DNA of 64,000 nucleotides from Candidatus Tayloriibacteriota bacterium (GCA_943350765.1 CALRAJ010000004.1:19309-83308); one strand, 5' to 3'; positions 36,813-47,385 are shown, counted from the first letter of the stretch. The notes: a model not told the origin generated them from the sequence alone. Numbers and translations are program-made.

Positions 36813-37730
36813 CTACTTTTTACCCCTATTGTGAAAACTTTTATGTATGTCCCGCAGATGTTTATCTGTCACATGAGTGTATATTTGAGTAGTGCTAATA
36901 TTCGCATGTCCCAAAAGTGCCTGCACACTACGAAGATCTGCTCCATTTGAAAGCAAGTCCGTAGCAAAGCAATGCCTTATCACATGGGGAGTAACTTTTT
37001 TGGAAATACCTGCCGAAATAGCGTGGTGTTTTACAATACGCTCTATAGAACGGCGTGTCAGCCCAGCTTCTTCTCCAGCCCCTCGTTCTTTATTTATTTT
37101 TACAAACAGTGCATCGTCGATATCGTCTCTTTTGTCCAAATAAGCTTTGACCGAAGACTTGGCGGTATCAGATAGGAAAACCACCCGCACTTTTTCACCC
37201 TTTCCACGAATAGAAAACTCGTCCCGACGAATATCCAAATCTCTCGATAGGGAACACAGCTCAGAAACACGCAGACCTGTAGAAAAGAGAAGCTCTAGTA
37301 TTGCCCTATCACGAAGTCCTTGAAGAGTACCTGTCTTTGGTGCATTGAGAAGTCGAACAAGATCCTCTGGAGAAATGAGGTCTAATGATCTTTCAGAAGT
37401 TTTTGCTAACTCGATCGCCTCTGGCGAAAGGGAAGAGACACCAAGCTTTTGCAAATACTTTAAAAAAGCTCTGAGTGCAATAAGATAATAGTTTTGGGTC
37501 TTTTTTTTTAAAGTTTCTCCTGTGGCACGATTATTACCAGTAGACTGTCTATTGAGCCACAGGCGAAATTCTCGTACTAATGTTTCAGTAATACTTTTGG
37601 GATCTGTAGTTTTAGCAAAGACTAAAAAACGGGTCAAATAATGGTCATAGTTTTCGACAGTTTTTATACTGCGACCCTTTTCTATCTCTACATATTCGAG
37701 AAATTGTGTTTTTAGCTCCAAAAGATTCAT
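36813..37730 (-). CDS. Xer-family tyrosine recombinase
   Basis: RDRAILELLFSTGLRVSEL, GKGEKVR, HVIRHCFAT, LLGHANISTTQIY. Confidence 0.93.
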   Translation of the reverse strand: MNLLELKTQFLEYVEIEKGRSIKTVENYDHYLTRFLVFAKTTDPKSITETLVREFRLWLNRQSTGNNRATGETLKKKTQNYYLIALRAFLKYLQKLGVSSLSPEAIELAKTSERSLDLISPEDLVRLLNAPKTGTLQGLRDRAILELLFSTGLRVSELCSLSRDLDIRRDEFSIRGKGEKVRVVFLSDTAKSSVKAYLDKRDDIDDALFVKINKERGAGEEAGLTRRSIERIVKHHAISAGISKKVTPHVIRHCFATDLLSNGADLRSVQALLGHANISTTQIYTHVTDKHLRDIHKSFHNRGKK

Positions 37731-37799
37731 GTCGCACAATATTATAGCACGAAAACCGTCTGCTCTTTGCAACAGGCGGAGTTTTGTCGATTTTTTACT

Positions 37800-38378
37800 T
37801 TATTCTTCCAAGATATTGAGTTTTCCACTAATACTTTCTGCTCGAGCATCGATACCTAGAGCCTCCGGAGAAACTGGGTCTAGCCCAGACTTCGCCGTAC
37901 TCAAAAGGGATAAGGTCTTTCGACACCCTTCTCTTATCTGTACATCTGTACCAAGATCATCTACCCCCATACCCACAAGTTTTTCTCTGTATAAAATAAG
38001 CCTGTCGAGTTCCTCCTCTGCTTGTACTATCTCTGTGTTCCTCGCAACCCTTTGTCTTTCTGCTTGATTTTTTATAGCTATTTCTGCTTCTGCAAGATGA
38101 ATCAGTGCTGCAATTTTCGCTGTTTCACCCTTATTCTCCACAACCATTTCAGTTAGTCTGTCATTGACCCAGAAAGCCTTTTCTTCTGAACCAAGGCTAC
38201 TCACATCATCTGGCATTACCTGTCTAATATTTGCTTTGTCTGCATCTGCAAAAGTAGCGAGCCAGCGCATGTATTCTTCTAGGCGTTTTTTTGGGTCATT
38301 TGGCCATGATTCCTCAGCAAATCTCTGTATATCCTCCACTTTTTTTGGACCATCATTCAATCTTTCATTACTTGCCAT
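37800..38378 (-). CDS. Hypothetical coiled-coil protein
   Basis: 192-aa charged helical ORF. Confidence 0.6.
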   Translation of the reverse strand: MASNERLNDGPKKVEDIQRFAEESWPNDPKKRLEEYMRWLATFADADKANIRQVMPDDVSSLGSEEKAFWVNDRLTEMVVENKGETAKIAALIHLAEAEIAIKNQAERQRVARNTEIVQAEEELDRLILYREKLVGMGVDDLGTDVQIREGCRKTLSLLSTAKSGLDPVSPEALGIDARAESISGKLNILEE

Positions 38379-38572
38379 AAATTATTTTTATTACTCTACT
38401 AATATATGTAGTATAGCAAATTTAAATTAAATATAAACCTAAACACTAACACTCGTTGAAATTAAGAAATTACCTCTTGCTGGCGCCTTTAGCCTTATAT
38501 TAAGGCTTAATATGGTATTTGACTGCTCTTTTGCTTGCAAATAAATCTCTTTTATGCTAGTATATACAGGCA

Positions 38573-38842
38573 ATGTTAACAGCAACAAAGAAGCTAAAAA
38601 TTATCAAGGGTGCGCAAATTCATGAAAAGGACTCTGGCTCTCCAGAGGTTCAGATTTCTATACTATCAAAAAAGATTGACGAGCTTGCAAGTCATCTGAA
38701 AAAACACAACAAAGACAACCATTCTCGCCGTGGTCTACTAGCCATGGTTGCTGATCGTCAGACCCACATCAAATATCTCCAGCGAAAGGATATTAAACGC
38801 TACAATACTATCGCAAAGAAGCTAGATCTAAAGAAAAAGTAG
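38573..38842 (+). CDS. rpsO: 30S ribosomal protein S15
   Basis: DSGSPEVQI...HLKKHNKDNHSRRGLL. Confidence 0.96.
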   Translation: MLTATKKLKIIKGAQIHEKDSGSPEVQISILSKKIDELASHLKKHNKDNHSRRGLLAMVADRQTHIKYLQRKDIKRYNTIAKKLDLKKK

Positions 38843-39042
38843 CTTTTTGACACCAGTCCTCCTGTTTCTTTGAGCTTTTTTGATACTAGAGTTAAGCACC
38901 TTATTAGCAAACTGATTTTCATGCATCGGTATATCATTTTAAACCGATAAAACTCAAGTTTTTATCACTCGGCAGTTGCTGGCAACCAGTGCTATACTTG
39001 AGTGACCAAGGTATATTTTATAAATAATAAATTAACATTTTT

Positions 39043-39666
39043 ATGACAGTAATCAAACACAAGGAACAACGAGTTGGTATTTTTATCGACACACAAAACC
39101 TATATCATTGTGCAAAAAACCTTTACCACGCTAGGGTTAACTTTGGCCAAGTAGTAAAAGACGCCCTTGCCGGACGAGCCCTTATCAGAGCAGTCGCCTA
39201 TGTTATCACTACCGAATCTGGTGATGAGAAAAACTTTTTTGAAGCATTGAGTAAGGTTGGAATTGAAACCAAGACCAAAGACCTACAAATTTTCGCTGGC
39301 GGAAGCAAAAAAGCCGACTGGGATGTAGGTCTCGCGGTAGATGCTATCAAACTTGCACCCAAGCTCGATACAGTTATCCTAATTTCAGGGGATGGAGATT
39401 TTGTCCCACTAGTGCAGTACCTCCAAATACATGAGGGATGTCAGGTAGAAGTGCTTTCTTTCGGTAAGTCTACCTCAAGCAAGCTTATTGAGTCTGCTGA
39501 TGACTTTATTGATCTAGACGATAATCCACGCAAATATCTGATGGGTGGAGCACAGACACGAAACAAACGAGGAGGTGATCGGAGCGAACAAAATGAAAAT
39601 AGCGAGGACAGGCCGCTTCGTAGTTCACAAACTAGCGACCAGCCCAACATATCTCCCAAAAAATAG
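39043..39666 (+). CDS. NYN-domain (LabA/DUF88) protein
   Basis: FIDTQNLY, KADWDVGLAVD, SGDGDFVPL. Confidence 0.92.
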   Translation: MTVIKHKEQRVGIFIDTQNLYHCAKNLYHARVNFGQVVKDALAGRALIRAVAYVITTESGDEKNFFEALSKVGIETKTKDLQIFAGGSKKADWDVGLAVDAIKLAPKLDTVILISGDGDFVPLVQYLQIHEGCQVEVLSFGKSTSSKLIESADDFIDLDDNPRKYLMGGAQTRNKRGGDRSEQNENSEDRPLRSSQTSDQPNISPKK

Positions 39667-39681
39667 TTGGGTACGAAGAGC

Positions 39682-39734
39682 AAACCAAAGAATCCCTTAT
39701 TTGTCTTTTGGACAAATAAGGGATTCTTTGGTTT
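39682..39734. terminator. Long perfect hairpin after the NYN gene
   Basis: aaaccaaagaatcccttatttgtc-ttttg-gacaaataagggattctttggttt. Confidence 0.65.
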
Positions 39735-39772
39735 ATTCTAAAAATACGGTATACTTTCAATAATAACCAGCA

Positions 39773-40744
39773 ATGGATACTACATTCAATCCACCTCCCG
39801 GGGATACAGGACAATCAGTGCCACCTATGAGTCCGCCAGATAAGGTCTCTATTAGGCCTATTCGTACCTACGAGAGCGACACGGCTGATGTACTTCGTAG
39901 TCAAAATGCCTCTTTGATTAAAATCGCAATCGCTGAAGATACTCGTCGACAAGAAATACCCACGGTGACTGAAGAGCAGGGTGAGCAAGTAGATGGAAGT
40001 TTAACAAAAAAAAGCCTCATGGTTTTGTTGAGCCTGGTACTCTTGGCTGGGGGAGCAGGGGTACTATATTATATATATAGTACTTCACAAAAAAATACCG
40101 CTGAAAAAGCATCGTTAGCTCTTACAAGCATTATTCCCTACCAAAAAGCCTTCGAAATAAATATACCTATAGAAAATCTAACTCGAGATGCATTTATAGC
40201 TAAAATAAACCAAGAAATCAAAAACTCAAAATCTCTAGATGGATCTATTGGATATATCCACACCACAATCAACGGAAGTAGTGGTAAAGAAATACTTTCT
40301 ACTGAAAAACTTCTGTCAATACTCAATACCTCAGCATCAAGTGAATTTAGCAGATCCCTAGACCCCCAACATATGTTTGGAATAATTGGTACCACTAAAA
40401 ATAGTCCTTTCTTGATATTAAAAACAAACTTTTACCAGAATGGCTTTGTCGGTATGTTGGCTTGGGAAAAAACACTTGCCGATGATTTTGAAGGACTCCT
40501 AACCAACACACCACTCGTAGAAAGTACCACTACACCTAAAAATAGTAGTGATCTACTTAGACCAGAACAAAAATTTACTGACATCGTTATGCAAAATCAA
40601 GATGTAAGGGTACTCAGGGATAGTTTGGGTACGACGCGTATCGTCTATAGTTTTATTGATAATAATACAATCGTGATCGCTCCAGACGAGCTGGCATTGT
40701 TAGGAATTATCAATATAGCTAACAAGAAAAGGTTTTTACGCTAA
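39773..40744 (+). CDS. Hypothetical single-pass membrane protein
   Basis: IRTYESD motif, one TM, GMLAWE motif. Confidence 0.75.
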   Translation: MDTTFNPPPGDTGQSVPPMSPPDKVSIRPIRTYESDTADVLRSQNASLIKIAIAEDTRRQEIPTVTEEQGEQVDGSLTKKSLMVLLSLVLLAGGAGVLYYIYSTSQKNTAEKASLALTSIIPYQKAFEINIPIENLTRDAFIAKINQEIKNSKSLDGSIGYIHTTINGSSGKEILSTEKLLSILNTSASSEFSRSLDPQHMFGIIGTTKNSPFLILKTNFYQNGFVGMLAWEKTLADDFEGLLTNTPLVESTTTPKNSSDLLRPEQKFTDIVMQNQDVRVLRDSLGTTRIVYSFIDNNTIVIAPDELALLGIINIANKKRFLR

Positions 40745-40804
40745 AACATAAAAGTTACTTAGATAGCCGTTTACTTTTTTACTCCACTCTGTTACCATTA
40801 CCCA

Positions 40805-41173
40805 ATGACAATGGACACTACAAAATATAAAAAACTACTAGAAAAGGAACTGAAAACTCTCGAAGGTGAGCTTGAGAGTATCGGGCAGAGAAGTCCCTCA
40901 AATCCAAACGACTGGGAAGCTAAGCCAAACAAAATCGACGCACTTGCTTCTGATGATATGGAAGTGGCTGAAAGTATCGACGAATTTGAAGATAACGCAG
41001 GGATAGTGAAACAGCTCGAGGTTCAGTATAATGATGTAAAACACGCACTCAAAAAAATAAGTGATGGTACCTATGGAATCTGCGAAAATAATGGTCACGA
41101 GATCGAGACGGCTCGATTGGAAGCAAATCCTTCAGCTAAAAACTGTATCCTTCACATGAATTTGCAAAAATAA
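40805..41173 (+). CDS. DksA/TraR-family protein with degenerate Zn finger
   Basis: Coiled coil plus ALKKISDGTYGICENNGHEI..ARLEANPSAKNCILH. Confidence 0.85.
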   Translation: MTMDTTKYKKLLEKELKTLEGELESIGQRSPSNPNDWEAKPNKIDALASDDMEVAESIDEFEDNAGIVKQLEVQYNDVKHALKKISDGTYGICENNGHEIETARLEANPSAKNCILHMNLQK

Positions 41174-42795
41174 TGAGTTTTGCAAAAGTCTATAGCGCTC
41201 AGACCAATTATCTCAAAGCTCAAATAATTACAATTGAAGTGGATATTTCAAAGGGATTATATGCTTTTTCTATTGTCGGCATGCCCGACAAGGCTGTGGA
41301 AGAGTCCAAAGACCGATTTTCTGCAGCCATCAAAAATTCTGGTTTTAAGTCGCCAAAACAGAAAAATCAAAAGGTGATCGTGTCTCTAGCCCCAGCCCAA
41401 CTCAAAAAAGAAGGTCCGAGCTTTGATCTTGCCATAGCACTTGCATACCTACTTGCATCAAAGGAGATCCAGTTTGACTACACTAAAAAGCTTTTTCTAG
41501 GCGAGCTATCTCTAGACGGCTCCTTGCGAGCAGTCACAGGTATCCTTCTACTCGTTATAGAAGCAAAGAAACGAGGGTACACTGAAATATATGTACCAAA
41601 GGACAATGCTCTCGAAGCTGCACTAATAGAAGGTATCACCGTTTTTCCTGTTACTGATCTAAAGGAAATAGTCGAGCATTTTGGAGGTAAGGTAGGGGAG
41701 CCTAAATCAGAAGATATTTTGTCTGAAATTAAAAAATCTACAAAAAAACAAACTGTAACGCCCACAGGAGATATTGTACAAATTAAAAAAATCGTCCCCC
41801 AGCCCAAAACCGTACTTCGTAAAAAAGTTACCGCCTCCACCATAGACTTTTCTGATGTCCGAGGACAAGAAAGTGCGAAACGCGGTCTAGAAATAGCAGC
41901 GGCAGGTGGACACAACATTGCCATGTACGGACCACCTGGCACTGGCAAAACCATGCTCGCTAAAGCTTTTTGCCATATATTGCCACCACTTTCTTTTGAA
42001 GATATGCTTGAAGTTACGGGAATACACTCGGTCGCAGGCGCTTTGCGTGGAGGGCTTATGACTGAGGCACCTTTTCGTGCGCCTCATCACACATCCTCTT
42101 ATGTAGCACTAGTTGGAGGAGGGTCCACACCGAAACCCGGCGAGATCACCCTCGCACACAAAGGAGTACTATTTCTCGATGAATTCCCTGAGTTTGACCG
42201 GAAGGTAATCGACTCTCTCCGTCAACCACTTGAGGATAGGGTGGTGAGCATATCACGAGCAAAAGGCTCTGTGCTTTTCCCTGCACATTTTATCCTCATT
42301 GCTACCATGAATCCCTGCCCGTGTGGCAACTACGGCATCAAGGGCAAAGAGTGTGTCTGTAGTGCTTTATCATCTCAGAGATACCAGCTCAAAATATCTG
42401 GACCAATAATAGACCGTATCGATATCTGGCTCGAGGTTGGCTCAGTCAGTCACGCTGACCTTGCTCGCAAAGACAAAACAGGGGAGACAACCGAGTCAAT
42501 CAAAAATCGAGTACTCGAAGCTCGCACAATCCAAGAATCCCGTTTCAAAAAAGCTAGCAAGCCAATAAAAACCAACGCCGAAATGTCAGCCAAGCAAATA
42601 GAAGAGCTTATTGACCTTGATCCCGAAACAACAAAGATTTTAAACACCTCAGCAGAAAAGCTCGACCTTTCAGCTCGGGCATACCACAAAATCATCAAGC
42701 TTGCCCGCACTATCGCCGACCTCGACAAGAGTGAACGAGTCCTCACACCTCACATCCTCGAAGCCTTGCAATATCGCCCAAGAAAAAGATCATAG
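41173..42795 (+). CDS. comM: ComM/YifB Mg-chelatase-like AAA+ ATPase
   Basis: LGELSLDG, GPPGTGKTM, FRAPHHTSS, GVLFLDEFPEF, MNPCPCG. Confidence 0.93.
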   Translation: MSFAKVYSAQTNYLKAQIITIEVDISKGLYAFSIVGMPDKAVEESKDRFSAAIKNSGFKSPKQKNQKVIVSLAPAQLKKEGPSFDLAIALAYLLASKEIQFDYTKKLFLGELSLDGSLRAVTGILLLVIEAKKRGYTEIYVPKDNALEAALIEGITVFPVTDLKEIVEHFGGKVGEPKSEDILSEIKKSTKKQTVTPTGDIVQIKKIVPQPKTVLRKKVTASTIDFSDVRGQESAKRGLEIAAAGGHNIAMYGPPGTGKTMLAKAFCHILPPLSFEDMLEVTGIHSVAGALRGGLMTEAPFRAPHHTSSYVALVGGGSTPKPGEITLAHKGVLFLDEFPEFDRKVIDSLRQPLEDRVVSISRAKGSVLFPAHFILIATMNPCPCGNYGIKGKECVCSALSSQRYQLKISGPIIDRIDIWLEVGSVSHADLARKDKTGETTESIKNRVLEARTIQESRFKKASKPIKTNAEMSAKQIEELIDLDPETTKILNTSAEKLDLSARAYHKIIKLARTIADLDKSERVLTPHILEALQYRPRKRS

Positions 42796-42825
42796 GATTG
42801 GGTTCCAGAAGTAAAAAACTCCTAA

Positions 42826-43911
42826 CTAAAACGGATTCTTAGCACCTCGAATCTCAAAGTGGACATGTGGACCAGTAGAGTTACCCGTTGAACCCAAAAG
42901 TCCGACCAGCTGACCTTGTTTGACAGTCTGACCTTCAGTAACAATATTATAAGAAAGGTGTGCATATAATGTCTGCGTACCGTTTGGGTGAGCGATTACT
43001 ACATAGTTACCATACCCAGCATTCCATGTACCCGTACGACTGATTATTACCTCGCCAGGAGCTGAGGCGATGATTGGTGTTCCAGTTTTAGCACCGATAT
43101 CTATGCCGTTGTAGCCGTGCAACCCTTGGGTTTTATGCCCACCCACAATCGGTCTTATGTAATACCCCTCATAATATGGAGCATTTGCCCCTTTGACTAG
43201 ACTTTTACCAGGTTTTGGCTTTACGGCAATCGTAGCTGTATGAATAGCTACAACCTCACCATCAGGGATAATCAGTGTTTGACCCACAGCTAAAACTGTA
43301 CTAGCTTTTAAATTATTGTACTGGACAACTTCATTAAAATCCGCACGGTATTTTGTAACAATGCTTTTAATCGTATCGCCATTTTTAACAACATGTTGTA
43401 CTCCAGAAATAGGCAAAATAACCAATGTTTGACCTGGTTTGATTGTTCCAGTAGCCGAAATATCATTTGACCAGCGTATGGTATTGGCAGATACTCCAAA
43501 TATGTTTGCAATCGTACTCAAAGAATCTCCCTCTCGTACTACATAAATACTAATCTGGTCTGAGCTAGGAGTTTCTACTATATCCGCAATAGTTCCGACA
43601 GGACCACTTTCAGTAAGAAGTGCCGTACCACCTACAATAGTTATATCTCCACCCCCCTTGGCTGGGTTTGGATCTGTATTTAAAGCTGCCTGTAAAAGCG
43701 GGATATTTTGAGAATTTTTTTCTGCTACCTCTACCTTTGGAAAAATAGTGTCGTCAAGTATATCTGTGATAAAAGAAAAGAAGCCTGCATAGGCTCTAAA
43801 TGGTAAAGAAATAAGCAATAACAGCAAAAAAAGCTTTTTTGAAAAAAGCTCGGAAGTGATAGTTGTAACGGCTTTGTTGAGCCGTATTTTTGTAAACCAA
43901 GATACTCGCAC
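42826..43911 (-). CDS. LysM-repeat M23 peptidase
   Basis: Two LysM domains (YVVREGDSL, HVVKNGDTI); GIDIG, YAHLS, STGPHVHFE; start uncertain. Confidence 0.9.
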   Translation of the reverse strand: MRVSWFTKIRLNKAVTTITSELFSKKLFLLLLLISLPFRAYAGFFSFITDILDDTIFPKVEVAEKNSQNIPLLQAALNTDPNPAKGGGDITIVGGTALLTESGPVGTIADIVETPSSDQISIYVVREGDSLSTIANIFGVSANTIRWSNDISATGTIKPGQTLVILPISGVQHVVKNGDTIKSIVTKYRADFNEVVQYNNLKASTVLAVGQTLIIPDGEVVAIHTATIAVKPKPGKSLVKGANAPYYEGYYIRPIVGGHKTQGLHGYNGIDIGAKTGTPIIASAPGEVIISRTGTWNAGYGNYVVIAHPNGTQTLYAHLSYNIVTEGQTVKQGQLVGLLGSTGNSTGPHVHFEIRGAKNPF

Positions 43912-44103
43912 CTACTCATAGTAGGCTTTTACCACACCGAAGTCAATAGGTAAAATGGTACCCTGTGGATAACTAATAAACGGCAACTTTTGTCAAGGTC
44001 GCACCCCGAAACTATCGGTGATTTTTTATAGAATTTTCCGCCTCGACACCCATCATGCCGTCCGTAGTAATTAAGCATTACAAAACTATTTCATGTCTAA
44101 ACA

Positions 44104-44247
44104 ACCCCAAATTACGAGATACTGTCGCAGGCGTATCTTTTAAAGGGGGTTCGCAGGCGGGTAGCCGAGATTTCAGGAAAAAATTAGTAAATTTTTATCC
44201 GTACCCTTTAAAAGATATGCCAAGAAAAGTATTTTGTAATTTGGGGT
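44104..44247 (+). repeat. Structured repeat family B, copy 4
   Basis: Same architecture; terminal hairpin aaaaatt-agta-aattttt. Confidence 0.88.
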
Positions 44248-44266
44248 AAACAAGCTCCCTATCCCC

Positions 44267-46213
44267 TTAGAAATCAATAAAAATTGCTTTCACTCCTCGC
44301 ACTTCTTCTCGCTCCTCACTTTCTATCAAATCTAGATCTATATCCGAAATAAATTCTGATGGTGTATTAACCTTTTGTGCCCCAAAAATAGTGCGTATGA
44401 CGGCATGAGTCAGATATATCTTCTTTCTCGCTCGTGTGAGTGCTACATAGAAGAGTCTTCGTTCCTCCTCAGCCTGATTTTTATCCAATGCATCTTCGTT
44501 AAGTTTCTTGTGAGGAAAAAGGTCTGTCTCTAAACCTGGAATGATGACATAGTCGAACTCAAGCCCTTTTGAGGCGTGGACGGTCATTAGCTTTACGGCA
44601 TTCTTATCTTTTGTTAGCTCGTCCTGATCAGTCGCAAGTGCTGCCTCCTCAAGCATTTTTTCAAGTCCTTCACCCTGTGGGAGAACATCGTACTTACTAG
44701 CCAAAGTTACTAGCTCACGAATATTTTCTAGATTCTCCATGCCCTCTTCGCCTTCTTTCCTAAACATTCCTTCCATACCGCTATCTGTAATAATCATTTT
44801 TACCACTTGAGAAGGTGGCAACGACAAGGCCGCCTGCTTTATCCGCTCGAGCAAAGACATAAAACTTGCCACTTTTTGTTGCATTGCTGGAGGTAAAGCA
44901 CCGTGTACTGGATCAAATATCTTGAGCAGAGTAACCTTTCCAATACCACGAGGTGGGATATTGATTACTCTACCTACATCTGCAAAACTATCTCTGTTTA
45001 GCGATGCTTTTATAAACGACAAAACATCTTTGACCTCCTTTCGGTCAAAAAATCTAGTTCCGAGAATCTGATAGGGAACACTCTTGTGCAAAAAAGCCTC
45101 CTCGAGTACTCGTGACTGGAAGTTTGCCCGATAAAGCACCGCTATGTCTCTAGGCGAAGCACCCGCCTCGATTAGTTTTTTAGCAGTATTTGCTACAAAG
45201 TTTGCTTCCTCTGCCTCCTCGTAAGCCTGAAAAACGGTAATCTTTTCACCTTCGATATTTTTAGTAAATAAATTCTTATCCTTACGCATTACATTTTTTG
45301 CAATCACCTGATTGGCAGCTGCCAGGATATTTTGTGTCGAACGATAATTTTCTTCCATCACAATCACTGTTGCGTCTGCATAATCTTTTTCAAAATTCAA
45401 GATATTTTGGATGTTAGCACCTCGCCAGCTATAAATAGTTTGGTCCGCGTCTCCCACCACACAAATATTGTGGTGTTTTTCAGCGAGAAGTGAAGCGATT
45501 TGATACTGTACCCTGTTGGTATCTTGATATTCGTCAATATGCACATATTGCCAGAGGTTTTGATACTTTGTACGGACTTCTGGATCATTTTGCAAAAGTA
45601 ATGCTGTTTTTAGAAGTAGATCATCAAAATCAAGTGATTTTTCTTTTTTCAAAATATCTTCGTATTTTGACCAAATTTTTGCCACCATATCATTCCAATA
45701 TTCACCACCCCACTTATCTGCATAGCTTGTATGTGTACTGAGATTGCCTTTCTCTCGAGAAATGGTAGCGAGTATTTTTGATGGCTCAAATTGTTTTGGA
45801 TCGAGCTGACTTGCTTCTATAGCTTCTTTTATTGCTCTTTTTGAATCGTTTCGATCGTAAATAGTAAAATGTCGAGTAAGCCCGAGCTTGATGGCGTTTT
45901 CTTTAATAATATGCACTCCAAGTGAGTGAAAAGTCGAGATAAATGTTCGTTCAGAAGATGAAACCGGGAGGTTGAGCATCTTATCATCTTCCAAAAGTCT
46001 GTTCATACGATCCCTCATTTCCTTGGCTGCTTTGTTGGTAAAAGTAATTGCTAAAATAGCATGTGGCGCTACTCCAGTTTTGATCAAATTCAAAATCCTG
46101 TGTGTTAATGTCTTGGTTTTACCTGCACCTGCACCCGCAACAATAAGGAGTGGACCGTTTTTGTGTTCTACCGCCTTTTTTTGTTGGATATTAAGTCCTT
46201 CGAGATGAGTCAT
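44267..46213 (-). CDS. pcrA: ATP-dependent DNA helicase PcrA/UvrD
   Basis: AGAGAGKT, TFTNKAA, DEYQDTN, VGDADQTIYSWRGA, TVHASKGLEF, YVALTRA. Confidence 0.95.
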   Translation of the reverse strand: MTHLEGLNIQQKKAVEHKNGPLLIVAGAGAGKTKTLTHRILNLIKTGVAPHAILAITFTNKAAKEMRDRMNRLLEDDKMLNLPVSSSERTFISTFHSLGVHIIKENAIKLGLTRHFTIYDRNDSKRAIKEAIEASQLDPKQFEPSKILATISREKGNLSTHTSYADKWGGEYWNDMVAKIWSKYEDILKKEKSLDFDDLLLKTALLLQNDPEVRTKYQNLWQYVHIDEYQDTNRVQYQIASLLAEKHHNICVVGDADQTIYSWRGANIQNILNFEKDYADATVIVMEENYRSTQNILAAANQVIAKNVMRKDKNLFTKNIEGEKITVFQAYEEAEEANFVANTAKKLIEAGASPRDIAVLYRANFQSRVLEEAFLHKSVPYQILGTRFFDRKEVKDVLSFIKASLNRDSFADVGRVINIPPRGIGKVTLLKIFDPVHGALPPAMQQKVASFMSLLERIKQAALSLPPSQVVKMIITDSGMEGMFRKEGEEGMENLENIRELVTLASKYDVLPQGEGLEKMLEEAALATDQDELTKDKNAVKLMTVHASKGLEFDYVIIPGLETDLFPHKKLNEDALDKNQAEEERRLFYVALTRARKKIYLTHAVIRTIFGAQKVNTPSEFISDIDLDLIESEEREEVRGVKAIFIDF

Positions 46214-46242
46214 GGGGACATCATAACACGAGGTGATGACAA

Positions 46243-46304
46243 AGCCCGAAAAAGGGTCAACGGCTCAGTCGTTTACGACTGAGCCGTTGACCCTTTTTCG
46301 GGCT
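46243..46304. repeat. Perfect 30-bp-arm palindrome
   Basis: agcccgaaaaagggtcaacggctcagtcgt-tt-acgactgagccgttgaccctttttcgggct. Confidence 0.85.
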
Positions 46305-46333
46305 AAAATATCCGTTTTAAACATTTTTAAGAT

Positions 46334-46387
46334 ATGGCTCTGTAGAGCCATGCTAAACGGCTAAACGCGGGCGTTTAGCCGTTTAAA
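46334..46387. repeat. REP-like palindrome family A, copy 3
   Basis: Near reverse complement of 511-574. Confidence 0.8.
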
Positions 46388-46483
46388 TTTAGGCTGGTTT
46401 GTCCCCGAAATTTTCTACTGAAAATTTCGGGGACTTCAATCCCTTTTTTCATAAATCCCTCCCGCCATGCTACTCTTATACTT

Positions 46484-47305
46484 ATGATACCAGCCAAAAA
46501 GTCATTGGGTCAAAACTTTCTCCACTCTATGGGTGCGGTCAATGCTATGGTAGAAGCATCTAGTCTAAACGAAAGCGACACTGTTCTTGAAATAGGTCCG
46601 GGTAAGGGAGTTTTGACGGACTTTCTTCTAAAAAAAGTTCGGCAGGTGGTAGCCGTGGAAAAGGATGACCGCCTGATACCACATCTCACCGAACGCTTTG
46701 AGAAAGAAGTCGTATCTGGTAAATTAAAAATAATTCACGCAGACATTCTTGAGATTTCGCCAAAAGACCTCGGTCTTTTGGCGAAATCCTACAAGCTTGT
46801 TGCCAATATCCCTTATTACATCACGGGGGAGCTAATCCAAAAGTTTCTCGAGACCGACACCCAGCCAATACTCATGACTTTAATGCTTCAAAAAGAGGTT
46901 GCTAGACGAATAGTGGCAAAGGATGGCAAAGAAAGCATCTTGTCGCTCTCAGTAAAATCCTACGGCGTCCCTAAATATATTCAAACCGTTAGTGCTGGAT
47001 GTTTTATACCCAAACCCTCAGTTGACTCAGCTATTTTGCTGGTAGATAATATTTCTGACACTTTTTTTAAATACGCCAACTCCAAAGAAGATGGGGGATC
47101 GACAACAAATCAACAAAAATTCTTTTTTTCACTCATAAAATCTGGTTTTGCTCACAAAAGGAAAAAACTCATCAGAAATCTTGAAACTATTACCCAAAAG
47201 ACCACATTAGAAAATGCTTTTTCAAAGCTCGATCTCACTATCAACACCCGGGCAGAAGATCTCTCGCTAGAACAGTGGAAAACTCTTGCACATTTACTAA
47301 AATAA
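46484..47305 (+). CDS. rsmA: 16S rRNA dimethyladenosine transferase RsmA/KsgA
   Basis: KKSLGQNFL, LEIGPGKG, VANIPYYIT, QKEVA, PKPSVDSA. Confidence 0.96.
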   Translation: MIPAKKSLGQNFLHSMGAVNAMVEASSLNESDTVLEIGPGKGVLTDFLLKKVRQVVAVEKDDRLIPHLTERFEKEVVSGKLKIIHADILEISPKDLGLLAKSYKLVANIPYYITGELIQKFLETDTQPILMTLMLQKEVARRIVAKDGKESILSLSVKSYGVPKYIQTVSAGCFIPKPSVDSAILLVDNISDTFFKYANSKEDGGSTTNQQKFFFSLIKSGFAHKRKKLIRNLETITQKTTLENAFSKLDLTINTRAEDLSLEQWKTLAHLLK

Positions 47306-47385
47306 TTTGCTATAATTAACCCTGTGTATATCCCTCCTTTTCTAAAGGGAGAATTCGTACAAAAAGTCTCAGTCTACCCAAACTT

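Noticed and set aside
36813-37730. Phage or ICE integrase
   Set aside because: Size and motifs fit a housekeeping Xer recombinase; no phage genes or att repeats nearby.
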